Of a stretch of DNA of 53,681 nt, positions 35,347-47,465 are shown one piece after another (within the stretch, counting starts at the first letter, position 1; every line of letters begins with the position of its first letter). A program made the translations under genes and the position numbers. This stretch comes from Vicugna vicugna (taxonomy: Eukaryota), in the NCBI GenBank assembly GCA_013265495.1, contig MU058676.1:1-53681 (forward strand), given 5' to 3'. The notes under the pieces are model-generated. The model had not been told where the DNA came from, made no database searches, and saw nothing but the letters and a program-made list of their open reading frames with translations.

Positions 35347-35600
35347 TGTGCCATTTGTTAAATTATCACTTTCCAGGTCAAGATTTGCTGTTCACTACCA
35401 GCTTTGTGATGTTAGATTGGATTCCTGTAGTTTTCCTGTTCCATGGTGAGCAGGATATTAAGTTTTCTCAGTAGGGGGCTCTAGAGGTAACCGCCAGAGG
35501 GAGGGAGGTGGTTTTGCTGGTTCTAGCTTCTGCACTGTCGTTCAGTGGTGCAGCTATGTGAACATCCTGTGGTAATCTGATGCAGCCCTTTGCCCAGAAT
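35347..35600 (+). mobile_element. LTR41/LTR33-like ERVL LTR 5' fragment
   Basis: TGTGCCATTTGTTAAATTAT...GCTTTGTGATG...TTAAGTTTTCTCAGTAGGGGGCTCTAGAGG. Confidence 0.65.
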
Positions 35601-36874
35601 TTGTGGTCACTAAACAGACCTGGAAATGTGTATCAAAGTCGGTAACAAAGACAAAGGAGGCTGAGATAAATATTGAGGTCTGGACTAAGAGGAGCAAGAA
35701 CTAAGATAAAAACTAGTATCTTCTACAGGAGTGAGTGAGTGAAAAAAATCTCAGAAATTGTCAGACATAAGAGATTTTTTTGGTCCCTCATAGATTCTTG
35801 CATGTTTCTGACTACATGTTACTTGGGCCCAAGCCATTTAAAGATCTTGGATCCAATAAGACAGCTCAAATAGTTCCCTTAGATTCCTGCAGCCAGTGTG
35901 TGGTAGAAATCAGATTTGACCCTAGGTCTAGTAGTCTACAAAATCTGCCATTATCACACAGCATTTGCCAAATTATATTTAACCCGACACTACTTTCACT
36001 CAATGACAACAGTTGTTACATGGCAGTGAGGGAGACATCATGAGCAGTTAAGTTTGGAAATGCTGATAAAAATAGCCATCTTTTCCATGAGATGTTTCTA
36101 GGAATATACTGGCTGTTAAAGAGGACATGCATGCAACTTAAGACAGATATATATTCAACCCCAATTGTTGTCATCAAGTGAGAATCTCTGCAGAACTTAA
36201 TTTGGAAATATCATTGCATTACAACCTGCAACCCATGATGATGTCATAATAATTTAATTCTCCTTTCATGCTAGAGAGGCATAGCACTGTGTTCCCAAAA
36301 CAGTTTCAATAAGGAAACCACCATTTACTAATTCTGAGCGTAAGAGATGTAATTTTTTTTGTTTTACTTTTGTATGGTTTTATAATGCTCCAGCCTCCCA
36401 TAAACTGGCAAGAAAATCAGGCTAACAGTCACTTGAAGAAGAAAATCTACAGTGCTCATGATCACTTGAACATTTGCTAATGAATCTCCCTTGTGTAGCT
36501 TTGCTGGATGGTTTATAAGACATACACTGAATGGCGTAGTCCCCTCCATCATGTTTAAGCTTTATACTTGAGTTTCAGATAGAGGATTTATAGGTTCCCT
36601 CCACTTCCAGTAAACATTTTTTTTTTAAACAGCCACTTCTCCAAGCCCTTCTAAGGGTTCTCCACAGTAATTACTTAAGTTGGCTTTTCTGTTTTCCTCT
36701 CAGTAGTTTCCAAGGAGTTAGAGATATAGTTTTTAACTCATAAAATCCTTTCAAAAAGTAAGAGGTTTCAAGAGAACTGGTCACCCACTGAAGTGTGCTA
36801 AGAAATAAGTTTCCAGAGAATACAAACTATATCTGATGTAGACGGTGGTGATAGTGCTTTAGCAATTTTTAAGC

Positions 36875-37382
36875 TATTTTTCATCTTACAGAAATAATAT
36901 AAACACATTGGAAGCAATTCAGGAAATAGAGGAAAAACATATTATTTTGTTACTTTGAGTCAACCATGATTAATGCCTTGGGGTGATTTTTTTTTTTCCC
37001 TGTGCATTTTACCGTCCTTCTTGTCCGACTGCCCTTCTGGTATTGCATACTGCTACTTCACTTATGAGTACATAAACGTTTTTCTATGATGTTTCATGCT
37101 CTTCATAGCCAGAATTTAAATGAACCAAAAAATTTCAGTAATTTATTTATTTCCTTTTTTGAAACACATTCAGATTATTTTCTCTTTTTCTCTGTAAACA
37201 CTTCTGCAATAAACATATGGTGCATAAAGCTTTTTCCTCATATTTTGAACTCTTGTGAATAGCTTCTCTTCAGTGAAATTACTGGGTCAGTGGACATGAA
37301 CATTTTTATAGCTCTTATGCTTATTATCAAATTACTTTCTAAGAGATTATACCAATTTACAGTGTTACTAACTATGTATAAA
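36875..37382 (-). mobile_element. L1ME3/4-like 3' region
   Basis: CTGCAATAAACAT..GTGCATAAAGCTTT...GTGAAATTACTGGGTCAGTGGACATGAACATTTTTATAGCTCTT...TTATACCAATTTACA. Confidence 0.8.
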
Positions 37383-37629
37383 TCTCAGTTATTTAAGGAT
37401 AATTTTACTATTAAGGCTACTATTAATAATGCTAGCTTATGCATTTCTGTATTTCTACATTTTATTCATATTATGTGTGATAGGGGTTGGTGAAAATATC
37501 TCTAAATAGACCTCGTAATCTGCTTTATTTTCCTTCCAAGCTTATAAAATAAATACATTTAAAAGCAAATCATTTAATCGACACCTGCTACACACTCTTC
37601 CAAATGTGGGAGAATTATATGTTAGCTAG

Positions 37630-38050
37630 TATGGTCGACACGCTTTGTGGGGGGTACCTGCCCAGCCCTCATTGATTCTCTGAGAGCTGCCACACACAAG
37701 CCTCGGGGGGACGGGTGAGATCTTCGAGTCATGTTCTGTTGTACTAGCTCATGTATAAAGTTCATGGAAACAGAGATTGCTGCCTGACCCCATCAGATTC
37801 CCTCAAGACCCTGAACTAAGATACCCAGAAGTTTCCAGTCAGTGAACATTTTCTGGGAAATGACAGTTCATGAAGACATTGGAAGGGAACTCATTCAAAG
37901 GTCCAAATAGCTGATGAGCAGCAAGAAGAGGGTTTCTTTAGAAAGTGACAGAAATGCTGGGGAAAGACAAAAGATGAAAGTTTGCTTTGGCTTCTTTTGG
38001 CTTTCTAATTTCCACGTTCAGCACCTAGTATGACCAGGATATTTAATGCC
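37630..38050 (+). mobile_element. Very old MLT1-like LTR remnant
   Basis: TATGGTCGACAC..TTTG..CCTGCCCAGC start and CCATCAGATTCCCTC internal motif; weak similarity only. Confidence 0.35.
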
Positions 38051-38149
38051 TGTCTAGTGTTCCATGACATAGTCAGGTATTCATTTTGTAAAATTTTTAC
38101 TCAAACATGCTTGAGATGTTATCTATTACTTGTGTCCAAATGATCCTTG

Positions 38150-38507
38150 ACTCAAGCAGGCAGACAGTAAACTATGAAAGAGGCTTCCTCTGCCAAGTCA
38201 AGTTGCCACCCCCACAGACTCAGTCTCCCACCCACATCCCAACACTGCAGCCGGGAGCCAAAGACCACCTAGTGGTGTTCCCTTGCCTCGGGGCGCACAA
38301 ATTCTGAGACACAGCTCCTTACAGGATCAAGCTGAGGCCGAAACTTCCTCTGAAATTGCACCTTACTTGGCCTTTTCCCCTCTTATATCCTGCTGCTCCT
38401 CCCCCCTTACCATCCTTACCCTTCTTCTGGAAGCATTCATTTTATAAATCACTAGCACTCAAACCCCTGGCTCAGGGTCTGCATCTAGGATAATTCATCC
38501 TAAAACA
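38150..38507 (+). mobile_element. LTR16-like ERVL LTR
   Basis: GATCAAGCTGAGGCC...CCTTTTCCCCTC..ATCCTGCT...ATAAATCACTAGCAC..CTCAGGGTCTGCATCTAGG...CCTAAAACA terminus. Confidence 0.8.
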
Positions 38508-40319
38508 GTGGCCTGCCTTGCAAAGGATAGGGACAGAGTGGATAATTATACTCAGTAAAGTGAATGAACTGTCAGCCAGCATTATGCACCATTTGATACG
38601 TTTTTGGGGATGAATGACCTCATTCTAAAGCTTACCTTGGAAGAAGAGTAATTAAAGCTCCATTACCCCTTTTGATCTGAAAATCAGATTAAATCTGATG
38701 TATTAACTATAAACCAGTCTCTTACTAACAAGTAAATTCTGTGCCATGCATTTGTGCAGAAACATGTATTTCTTTTGGGACCAGAATAATGCTTGATAAA
38801 TGGCACACCCTATTGGTCTGGTTCAAACTGTTATACAATAATTGCAATGTTATCCATACTCTGGGTAGAGAAAATATAAATAATGAAGCAGCAAAGGGCC
38901 AGCTAAGTGATTTAAGTACATGTTAGGCTATTCATAACAAAACATTAACTCTCAGCCTATACTGTTTAAAGTACTCTCTCGTGTAGTCACAACTCTGTAT
39001 TGTAAATTACTTTTCAGAAATCACAGATTACTGAGTAACTGATAGCCAGCAAAACCTGAGTACTTTGAATTTAAGCTCTTGAATCATGTCTCTAAGTCAT
39101 CATATAAATTAATAAACTTTTTCTTTCCTGTTGTAGGCGTTATATCACAAATAATGGGTTCATCCAGGAAGGGCATTGTTGAAGGGCTCAAGGTAAGCTG
39201 GATGATACTGAAAAAGGGAACTTGATCCTTGCCTTTCAGCAGCTTAAGCCGTAATGAAGACAGGAATTTTATTCATTTTAGTTGTATTTATTTAAATGTT
39301 CACTTACACCTCAAGGAATCACAAATCTTTCTTTGGATAGCTTTTTTTGCAAGAAATGAAAATCTGCAGTAGTAAGATTTATAAGACATAGTCCTGTCTT
39401 AATACAACTTTTGAGCATTGGCATTTGATTATTCTGGGTTTTCTCTTGCTTCCATTGTGAACCAGGCACAGTTCTATTCAAAGTTTTTATATGGCCTTAA
39501 TCACCCAAGTGATTGATGTACCATTCCCTCCAAAGCCAGAATAGTGGGTAAACCTAAACTAAATAAGTAACCAAATCTTAAATGTATCCTCCATTTAGAA
39601 AAAGCCATGTTTCTAGAGAAGTCTGGATTTCAATCAGTTTTCAAACTTTCTAGCTGAGTCCTTACTTTCCAAGCTTTCAAGACCTGTGAATAAACACTAC
39701 AGAGTTTCATGAAAATATAACTCTGCTGAAAAGTACCAACCCTCACTCATATGAAGAGAAGATACTTTAAGCCAAGAGCCTGTTTCCTCTTCAAACCTCT
39801 CTCTGCTTTATACTTTAACCACAGTTGCAGCCTCTCTCTCGATGCATCTTCCTCCACTTCATCTGTATTCCACCTCTGAGCCATCACTTTGAAATACACA
39901 GTACCTGGAAAAAAATGGCCTCAAGGGAAGATGTGATTCCTCAACATATTTTATGGGGGAATCTAAAGAAGGAAGAAATAAAAAGAATTTTAAGGCCCAA
40001 GATTTAATGGAAATGGGAACAAATCACAGTGGAATGCAGTACCGGGTATGAGCTACAAGCTCATTAAGGAACGTTGAAGTTGAGTGTACTTTATATTCCT
40101 AATGTCCTGAGTAGACTGTGATTTAAAGTGGCCATTAAAGATTATGCAAAATGTGCAAAATTAATGTGCATTGATTTTCCTTTTGGTGGATCACCTTTTT
40201 TTATTTTACTGTTCTCTGCCTTCATGCCTTAATGTCCCTGCCCTGTCAGTTCACTCGAGTTCAGAAACAGCAAAGTCACCTTATTTGCCCTTATGATGGT
40301 TGAGCATAACTCATTAACA

Positions 40320-40595
40320 GAAGCCACATGGCAGAGTGAAAATCCAAAGAGACTTTGGCATCATTAAGAAAGGTTTTCAAATTCTAGCTTTGTGGGTTTT
40401 TTTTTTCTGCTGCAACATGTTTATACTTTTTCCTTATACAAGTCATCTAACTCTTTGGTTCTTCAGATTTTCATAGGTAAGTAGAAATAATACCAACTTA
40501 TTTGTTAGGAGTTTATGTGAGGTGTGAGATAATGCATGTAAATTCTGTGAAATGCCTCTCACAGTGTCAGGAATATAAAATATGAATGTTATTTA
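40320..40595 (+). mobile_element. MIR SINE
   Basis: GACTTTGGCATCA...CAAGTCATCTAACTCTTTG...TGAGATAATGCATGTAAA...CACAGTGTCAGG. Confidence 0.75.
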
Positions 40596-40950
40596 ACATT
40601 ATAGCATATTTCTCCACAATCTTTATAATTCAATTATAATTCCAGGTAAAATATTTGTTTGCAAAAATCTACATGATTTACAAAATCTACATTGCACACA
40701 ATTAAGGGAAAGGATGGCATTTTCCTTTGCAACCATCTCTGCTCAGTTCTTCAGAGCATCTTAATCATATTTTAGGTGCCTAATAAATAAGTATTGGAGA
40801 GATTTTGAGCCATGAAAAGCAATCATAAATTGAACAGGTATGTGGGATTTTTTTTTATATTTTAACATTTTTTTATGCATTGAAAAAATGATACACAAGA
40901 TAATGATTAGAATCATTGCAAAAAAGTATAAAGTAAAAATAAATTTTCCT

Positions 40951-41890
40951 AGTAAAAGGGTATTAGTGAAGAAAACTAGTGAAATCTGAGTAAAATGTGG
41001 GGTTTAGTTAATAGTAATACACTGATGATTTCTTAGTTGTCACAAATGTACCATGGTGATGAAAGAAGTTAAAAATAAGAGCCTATCAAAACAAACAAAC
41101 AAACAAAAACAGGAAATAAAACGAGTTTGCAAGGATGTGGAGAAATTAGAATTTTTATGAATTTTCGTTGGGAGTATAAAATTGTGCAGCTGCCGTGGAA
41201 ATCAGTTGTGGAAGTTCCTCAAAAAAATTTATATAGAATTACCATATGACCTAGTAATTCTACTTTTTGATAAACACCCCAAAGAATAGAAAGTAAGAAC
41301 CCTAAGGGATCTTTGTTCACCTATATTCATAGCAGCATTATTCACAAGAGCTAAAACATGGAAGTAACCCAAGTACTCATCAAAGGATGAATAGATAAAC
41401 AAAATGTGGCATGTATATAATGGAATATTATTCAGTCTTAACAAGGAAGGACGTTCTGACATATGTTACAGTATGAATGAACCTTGAGGATGTTATACTA
41501 AGTGAAATAAGCCAGTCACAAAAAGGCAATACTATATGATTCCACTTACATGAGATGCCTAGAGTAGTCAAAATCACAGAGACAGAGAGTAGGATGGTGG
41601 TTGCCAGGGACCAAGGAGATGAGGGAATGGGGAATTATTGTTTAATTGGTAGAAAGTCCAGTTTTACAAGATGAAAAGTTATGGAGTTGAATGGTGATGA
41701 TGGCTGCACAACACTAGGAGGGCATTTCATTTTACCTAGAAATAATGAAAATGGTAAATCTTATGTTATGTACATTCTGCCACAATAAAAAATAAGGGGA
41801 AATGAGGGCTATATGGAAACTTTATATTATCTTTGCAACTTTCCTGTAAATCTGACACTATTGCAAAATAAAAAGCTGATTGTAAAAAAG
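40951..41890 (+). mobile_element. L1MC-like 3' end, split by an L1MB insertion
   Basis: AAAACTAGTGAAATCTGAGTAAA..TTTAGTTAATAGTAAT..CAAATGTACCATGG | GGGGAAA..TATCTTTGCAACTTTCCTGTAAATCT..CAAAATAAAAAG. Confidence 0.8.
41082..41787 (+). mobile_element. L1MB-like 3' end with an 11-bp TSD
   Basis: GCAAGGATGTGGAGAAATT...TTCATAGCAGCATTATTCACAA...GTGAAATAAGCCAGTCACAAAA...CCACAATAAA. TSD AAAAATAAGAG (41071-41081) / AAAAATAAGGG (41788-41798), preceded by TT. Confidence 0.9.
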
Positions 41891-42839
41891 GAGTCTCTTT
41901 CCTAACCAAGACCCATAAACCTCAGGCCTGCCCTCAGAAGCAACTACTGGAAATATTTCCATAAACCACCCCAACCTTCCCCCACACACAGAATTTTGGG
42001 AAAATTCTCAGAGCTGAGAAACCATCCCTTTCTTTCTGCCAAAGAGCCATTAATAATGTTTCCTTCTTGTGGGCAATGATGAGGGGGGATAGAGTATGAT
42101 CACTTCTCTAAAGCCAGATATGCCAAACAAGTTTGCTGGACACATTCCTCTAAGTCAGCTGCATAGCAACATGAAGATGACTGAAGTGAATTTTCAGACT
42201 CAGAGTCTAAGGTTTGTGTCTTGTCTGTTTTTTGTTTTTTTATTTTAAGAATTCTGCTTCCTTGCTTTTTAATTTTTGATATTTAATGAATATAAAAAAA
42301 GGGAAAGCTGTAACAGAGTTCAGCATAGGCAGGAGTGTGATTGAAAGTTGCCTAAGGCCACCTGGTAAATCCAAAATACTGTCAGGACAATGACCTGCAT
42401 CACCTCCCCTCATCATGCTGGGACCAGATCCAGTCAAGCCCTCTGGTAATTTGATTTAGTCATAAGTTCTGGTGCCAGTGATCTGTCGTGTCATCAAGGG
42501 GTGAATACCAAATTAAAGGCCCAAGAACAATGAAATGATCAACCATTCCTCCCACAATAGGAAGAAGCCAACAAGTAAAATTGGTAGTATCTATTTTTTG
42601 TTCTGCACATTTGAGAGAAAAATAAAGGTTTTATGAATTCCTTTGAATACATTCTATCTTAGGTTGTCCTGCAATTTCCATCTTATTGTGATTTAAGCAT
42701 CAAAGTAAAGTTTATCCCAGAAAGAGGAGCTCCCCCGCCCTTAACTTTGGCCAACCTAAAACAAACAAAAAACCCACACCCACACATGTCTACAGAAGCA
42801 CATTCACACCCTCTCACAATCACTGTATACCACAGATAG

Positions 42840-43200
42840 ACAACTATAAAATGTTTTCTTTAACTTGGATCTTCTTTTCAGTAAGTAAGTGTTCAGATCA
42901 CCAGCACAGAAAGACTGAAGCTCTTTGATGGATACATTGTGTGCCATCTTAGGGATGTACCATCATTTACAGAATGTCAGCTCTTTTCATTATTACATCT
43001 CTGGTGCCCAAACAGTGCTTGGTACATAGTGATGCATGAGAAATATTCGTTAAATTAAAAAATCATTTCAACCACTCCCTAATGGTGAATCTCTACATTG
43101 ATTTTTTTGACTGTTGTCATTTAAACAATGCTTAATGAACATCCCTCTATATATCTTTAAGTATATACTTTTTTTTTTTTGGAAAAATGAATTCAGAAGA
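42840..43200 (-). mobile_element. L1ME-like remnant with a nested L2 tail (about 42985-43060, + strand)
   Basis: GGATGTACCATCATTT | ...CAACCACTCCCTAATGGTG..TTTAAACAATGC..ATGAACATCC; the insert carries AACAGTGCTTGGTACATAGT. Confidence 0.6.
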
Positions 43201-43518
43201 NNNNNNNNNNNNNNNNNNNNNNNNNNNNNNNNNNNNNNNNNNNNNNNNNNNNNNNNNNNNNNNNNNNNNNNNNNNNNNNNNNNNNNNNNNNNNNNNNNNN
43301 NNNNNNNNNNNNNNNNNNNNNNNNNNNNNNNNNNNNNNNNNNNNNNNNNNNNNNNNNNNNNNNNNNNNNNNNNNNNNNNNNNNNNNNNNNNNNNNNNNNN
43401 NNNNNNNNNNNNNNNNNNNNNNNNNNNNNNNNNNNNNNNNNNNNNNNNNNNNNNNNNNNNNNNNNNNNNNNNNNNNNNNNNNNNNNNNNNNNNNNNNNNN
43501 NNNNNNNNNNNNNNNNNN
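43201..43518. other. Assembly gap (318 N)
   Basis: Run of N characters. Confidence 1.
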
Positions 43519-43544
43519 GTGTGTGTGTGTGTGTGTGTGTGTGT
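43519..43544. repeat. (GT)13+ microsatellite abutting the gap
   Basis: Perfect GT run, truncated on the left by the gap. Confidence 0.95.
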
Positions 43545-43774
43545 TTTAAGAATTAGTAGCAGTTCAACCAAATATAAATATTACCTAGGCAAGACTGAAC
43601 TCTAGATAACCTGGTAAATGGCTCAACTACCACCTCAGAGTTTCTCCTGCAGGTCACATGATGTCAGAGGTGGACAGCTTAGCTTCCTACATTAAAGTGA
43701 AGCACCAGATTCATCAGAAGTAGGACACCTTATTTACTTAGTTTTTTTTCTTTGAATAAATGTTGTTTAGCCTA

Positions 43775-44000
43775 ATGACTAAGAGTATGAGATTTGAGGA
43801 GGTCAGATCTGAGACAGAATCTCATCTTTGTCATAAACTTTCTATAAGATCTTGAAATTTACTTAATTTCTGTAAGCCTAATTTTTTTTTAATTTTCAGA
43901 ATGAGGATAATGCTATTTATCTCATAGTTTTGATGTGAGGAATAAATGAGATTATATAATTTTGAGTGTCCATAAAGCCTTCTACATACAAGAGCGTACT
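43775..44000 (+). mobile_element. MIR SINE
   Basis: AATGAGGATAATGCTATTTATCTCATAGTTTTGATGTGAGGAATAAATGAGAT. Confidence 0.75.
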
Positions 44001-44602
44001 TTTTGTTTCTCCAACAAAGCACCTCAGATACTGGGATCATCTTTAGGTTCTTGGTGCTAGCATAGTAAGTGTTTAATAAATCTCTTCCACATACCAAAAA
44101 GCTTATGTTTCTTTGAATTATTTTCTTCTGGGCTAAACAATTGTTTTGTTTGATAGTTTAGGAAAAAACAAAAACAAAAGGACAGGAATCAGAGAAAGAA
44201 TATATCTTTCTGATATACCCACCATTTGAATAAGAAGTCTGAACATTAGTATTGAATTTTCCCACTGAGTTGGAAAAGTTGAGAAACTGCCCAGGGTCAC
44301 TTCACAAGATTGTACCACGTGGATAGGAATCTCTTTAGGATTAGTACACACTCCAAAAGAGCAATCTGGGAAAAAGGGAGTGCTTGCTGGCAGTTGATTG
44401 GCAGCTGATCATGAAAGGCTGGCGTATCCTCACCACCCACCTAGATCTGTGTCAGGTTTAATACTTGTGTGATGCTGAAAAAGAAACTTTGAGGCACACC
44501 TCAATGTTAGGAATCTATTTGATATCCAGACCATTCTTCCAGATCAGGACTCTTTCAAATCTGTGCTTAATTTAAAGCCTCAGCCTAGAAGCTCTTTTCT
44601 AT

Positions 44603-44619
44603 TTTTGTTGTTGTTGTTG

Positions 44620-44651
<32 letters not shown>
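44603..44651. repeat. (TTG)n(TTTTG)n simple repeat
   Basis: Read directly from the sequence. Confidence 0.9.
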
Positions 44652-44652
<1 letters not shown>

Positions 44653-46106
44653 GGTTATTTGTCTCTTTTAAATATATAGTCCCATGAAAGGCAGTTCTTT
44701 TCTTGTTTGTAATAGAAAATCAATCCCTTCCTCCCACCCCGAGAACTCTCTGAGAGTTAAAAGTCCTCTGAAATATGTAGATAAAAATTTGCTTATTCCA
44801 TATGTATTTATCCTTTTCTAAGACAAATAATAATACCTTACATATGCAAAAGAGTTTGTCAAAGCATTTTCTAGTTCTTAAATCATTGTTTCCATGCTGG
44901 TTTCAGGGCTGACTAAAAGTTATTGTTTTTGTATGTGACAAATGAATAAAACTGAAGATTAGAGAGAATGGATTAACTGGTCCTAATTCATGCAATGAAT
45001 AATAACACTATCTTACATTCTATTGCTTTTCAAAGTGCTTTCATCCATTATTTACTTGATTTTTTATTATTCCTTTTGGGTAGTTACTTACAAAATATAA
45101 CCTCTATTTTATGATTCTTTGTGAACTTGGTTACTCATCATTTTTCATCCCTCACCTCCCCCACTCCAGAACTCTCTGCTAATCCATACTGAACTGGTGC
45201 AATAATTGGGAATTTTCACACCTGAGTTTTGCACATTGTGCTTTCCTGGCTCAGGGAATCCCTGCATACCTGAACAAGGTCACTTCTGGGAGGTTTCCAC
45301 TGAACCACCCTTGTTTAGAATTGTGAGCACCTCTTGCCTGAGCACTTAAATTATACCAATTACTTAATCAAGTTGTAGTCCAAAATTCGAATTTAACCTT
45401 ACACTTACAGTCAGCAATTATATTACACCTTTCTTATCAGTTAGATCTGGTCCTGTTTTATACAACTTCAAATCCTGCTTTAAGAACACCAAAATGGATA
45501 ATAAAGTGGCCATAATCTGAAAACCATCACTGAGTAAGTGAGAAGTGCATGTTAAATTTGATGAGATGTAAGAAAAAAATATTAGAAGGCATTTTTCATC
45601 CTTGTTAATTGTTCAGGCTAATATTTGGTCTTGGGATGGCCCAAATCCAAGGAACTAATATGTGGGTTTTGAGCCATTGTGAATAAAGACCAGTCCAGCC
45701 CCATGTAGCCCAGGTCAGGGTACCCACCACTTTAACAATGACACTCCAAGGCCTAGACCTCAGGAAAGCTCCTTGCAGCACAACAGAAATGCTTTAAAAG
45801 CTGATTGCTTTCTGACTGCCTCTCTGATAGGTCGTTGCTCTCTGCTTCCATATCATACACCTAACTTTGGATTCAAGCTTTCCGTTTTGAAAAATCTTTT
45901 CAAGGTTTTTTGGTCAAACTTTCAGTGTCTTCAGGCTTTAAAATTCTTTCCTTTGCAGCATAAGTTTTAACCATCTTCAGTGATGTATTCCCTTATCAGC
46001 CATGGCACACTTAACTCCTCATTCTCAACAAGGGGCTCTTACCTCTTAACTTCAGACAATTAGAGAGAAGGACACCTAAATCTCACTTTGCAGCCCTCTG
46101 TCAGTC

Positions 46107-46757
46107 TGAGACAGGAAGGGCACAGCCATTCAAGGAATAACACTGCAGTTAACACCAGGGTGGTGAAAGATTCAGCCCACAGGAGGCCTTGAGGCTCAAG
46201 ATGGTGGGAGGTTTGACTTCTAGTAGATCTTGAGCTTCCTTATACACTCATTGTATATATTAGCATGTTGAATAGCATGCCTGTAGGCACCATGACAGTC
46301 CCAAGGCTAGCCACAGAAGGTCAGAGAGTGGGAAATGGCCAACTTCCTGGGAATCCCAGCCCCTCCTCCAGGGTAGTTAGACTGGTCCTTCCACTTATTA
46401 GCATATGAAGCTACCAAGCCCATAAAAACTGGAAACACAGAGACTTGTGTCTGCCTCTCTCACTCCTTCCTCTTCAGAGATGGCCTGCACTCTGTCTATG
46501 GAGTGTGTACCTACTTTTACTCTAACCTCAGCACCCAACCCCCACACCTCTTAGCCTTTCTCTTGTCTTTTAAAACAGCCTACACTCTATAATATGTATC
46601 TTTCTAAATAAATATACCTTTACTCAACTGTGGCTTGCTCTTGAATTCTTTCTTGTGTGAAGCCAAGGACCCACACTTGGCAGGCCACATTCCAGGGGCT
46701 CGGCTGAGGCCTGGGTCATGGCCTTCTTCATGTCCTACATCCATTTTCCCTGCATTA
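46107..46757 (+). mobile_element. ERV1-type solo LTR (651 bp), TSD AGTC
   Basis: TGAGACAGG...CCCTGCATTA (terminal CA mutated to TA), flanked by AGTC at 46103-46106 and 46758-46761. CATAAAA TATA-like motif, AATAAA, and U5 TTGAATTCTTTCTTGTGTGAAGCCAAGGACCC. Confidence 0.9.
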
Positions 46758-47124
46758 AGTCTTTGATAGCCATGACTCATCTTTGGGGCTAATCATTTAG
46801 ATGCCAACACTCTCAGGGATTAAGAGCCAATGGTCAGAATAAGGAAGCATCATCATAATAAATGACACAATATAATTCACAGTATTTCCACGTGCATCTG
46901 CTATGCCATTTTTATAACCCTGACTGACTGATAAGTAAATTGACTGGGGAGTAAAGTGATTTGCCTGCAGTTTGCTTTGAATAAGGCACTGTAGGCACAG
47001 CCTGAATGGTCCTTGTCCTCTACTCTTGGAGGCAGTGCTTTCTTCATATCAAATCTACTCTTAGGGAAGGCAATATTATTGCTTTGAGCATCTCTGTGTT
47101 TCCACTCTGAGAGATGCATTTTAA

Positions 47125-47465
47125 TCTGTTTATTCTCTCAACAAACAACACTTGTTCTTTACAAGAAAGCCATCATGATAGATCCAGGAATACAGCAATA
47201 AAACAAAATGAGGGTTTCCTCAATGGAAATGTTGAAAATCCACACTGGCACCTGAGGAGAAGATGACAAAGATGGGGAAAAAAAATAGGATGATATACAA
47301 GGGTATAATGTGGGATTCCATTCTTGACTCAGTGGTCAGACAATACCATTTTGAGGAAGTTATATTTAGGTTGTGACTTAAAATAGATGTAAATGTTTAT
47401 TAGACAAAGGAGGATATGAAGGACAGAGAGAAGTCCCATTCAGGCATGGAGATGTTGGGATGAGA
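47125..47465 (-). mobile_element. L2 remnant
   Basis: TTTATTCTCTCAACAAAC tail...GGAATACAGCAATAAAACAAAA...GGTCAGA..TTTGAGGAAGT. Confidence 0.55.

Noticed and set aside
38674..38699. Overlapping short palindromes (ATCTGA-AAA-TCAGAT-TAA-ATCTGAT)
   Set aside because: Arms of 6-7 bp in AT-rich DNA are within chance expectation.
43068..43605. Longest ORFs in the track (120-167 aa)
   Set aside because: Artefacts of reading through the N gap.
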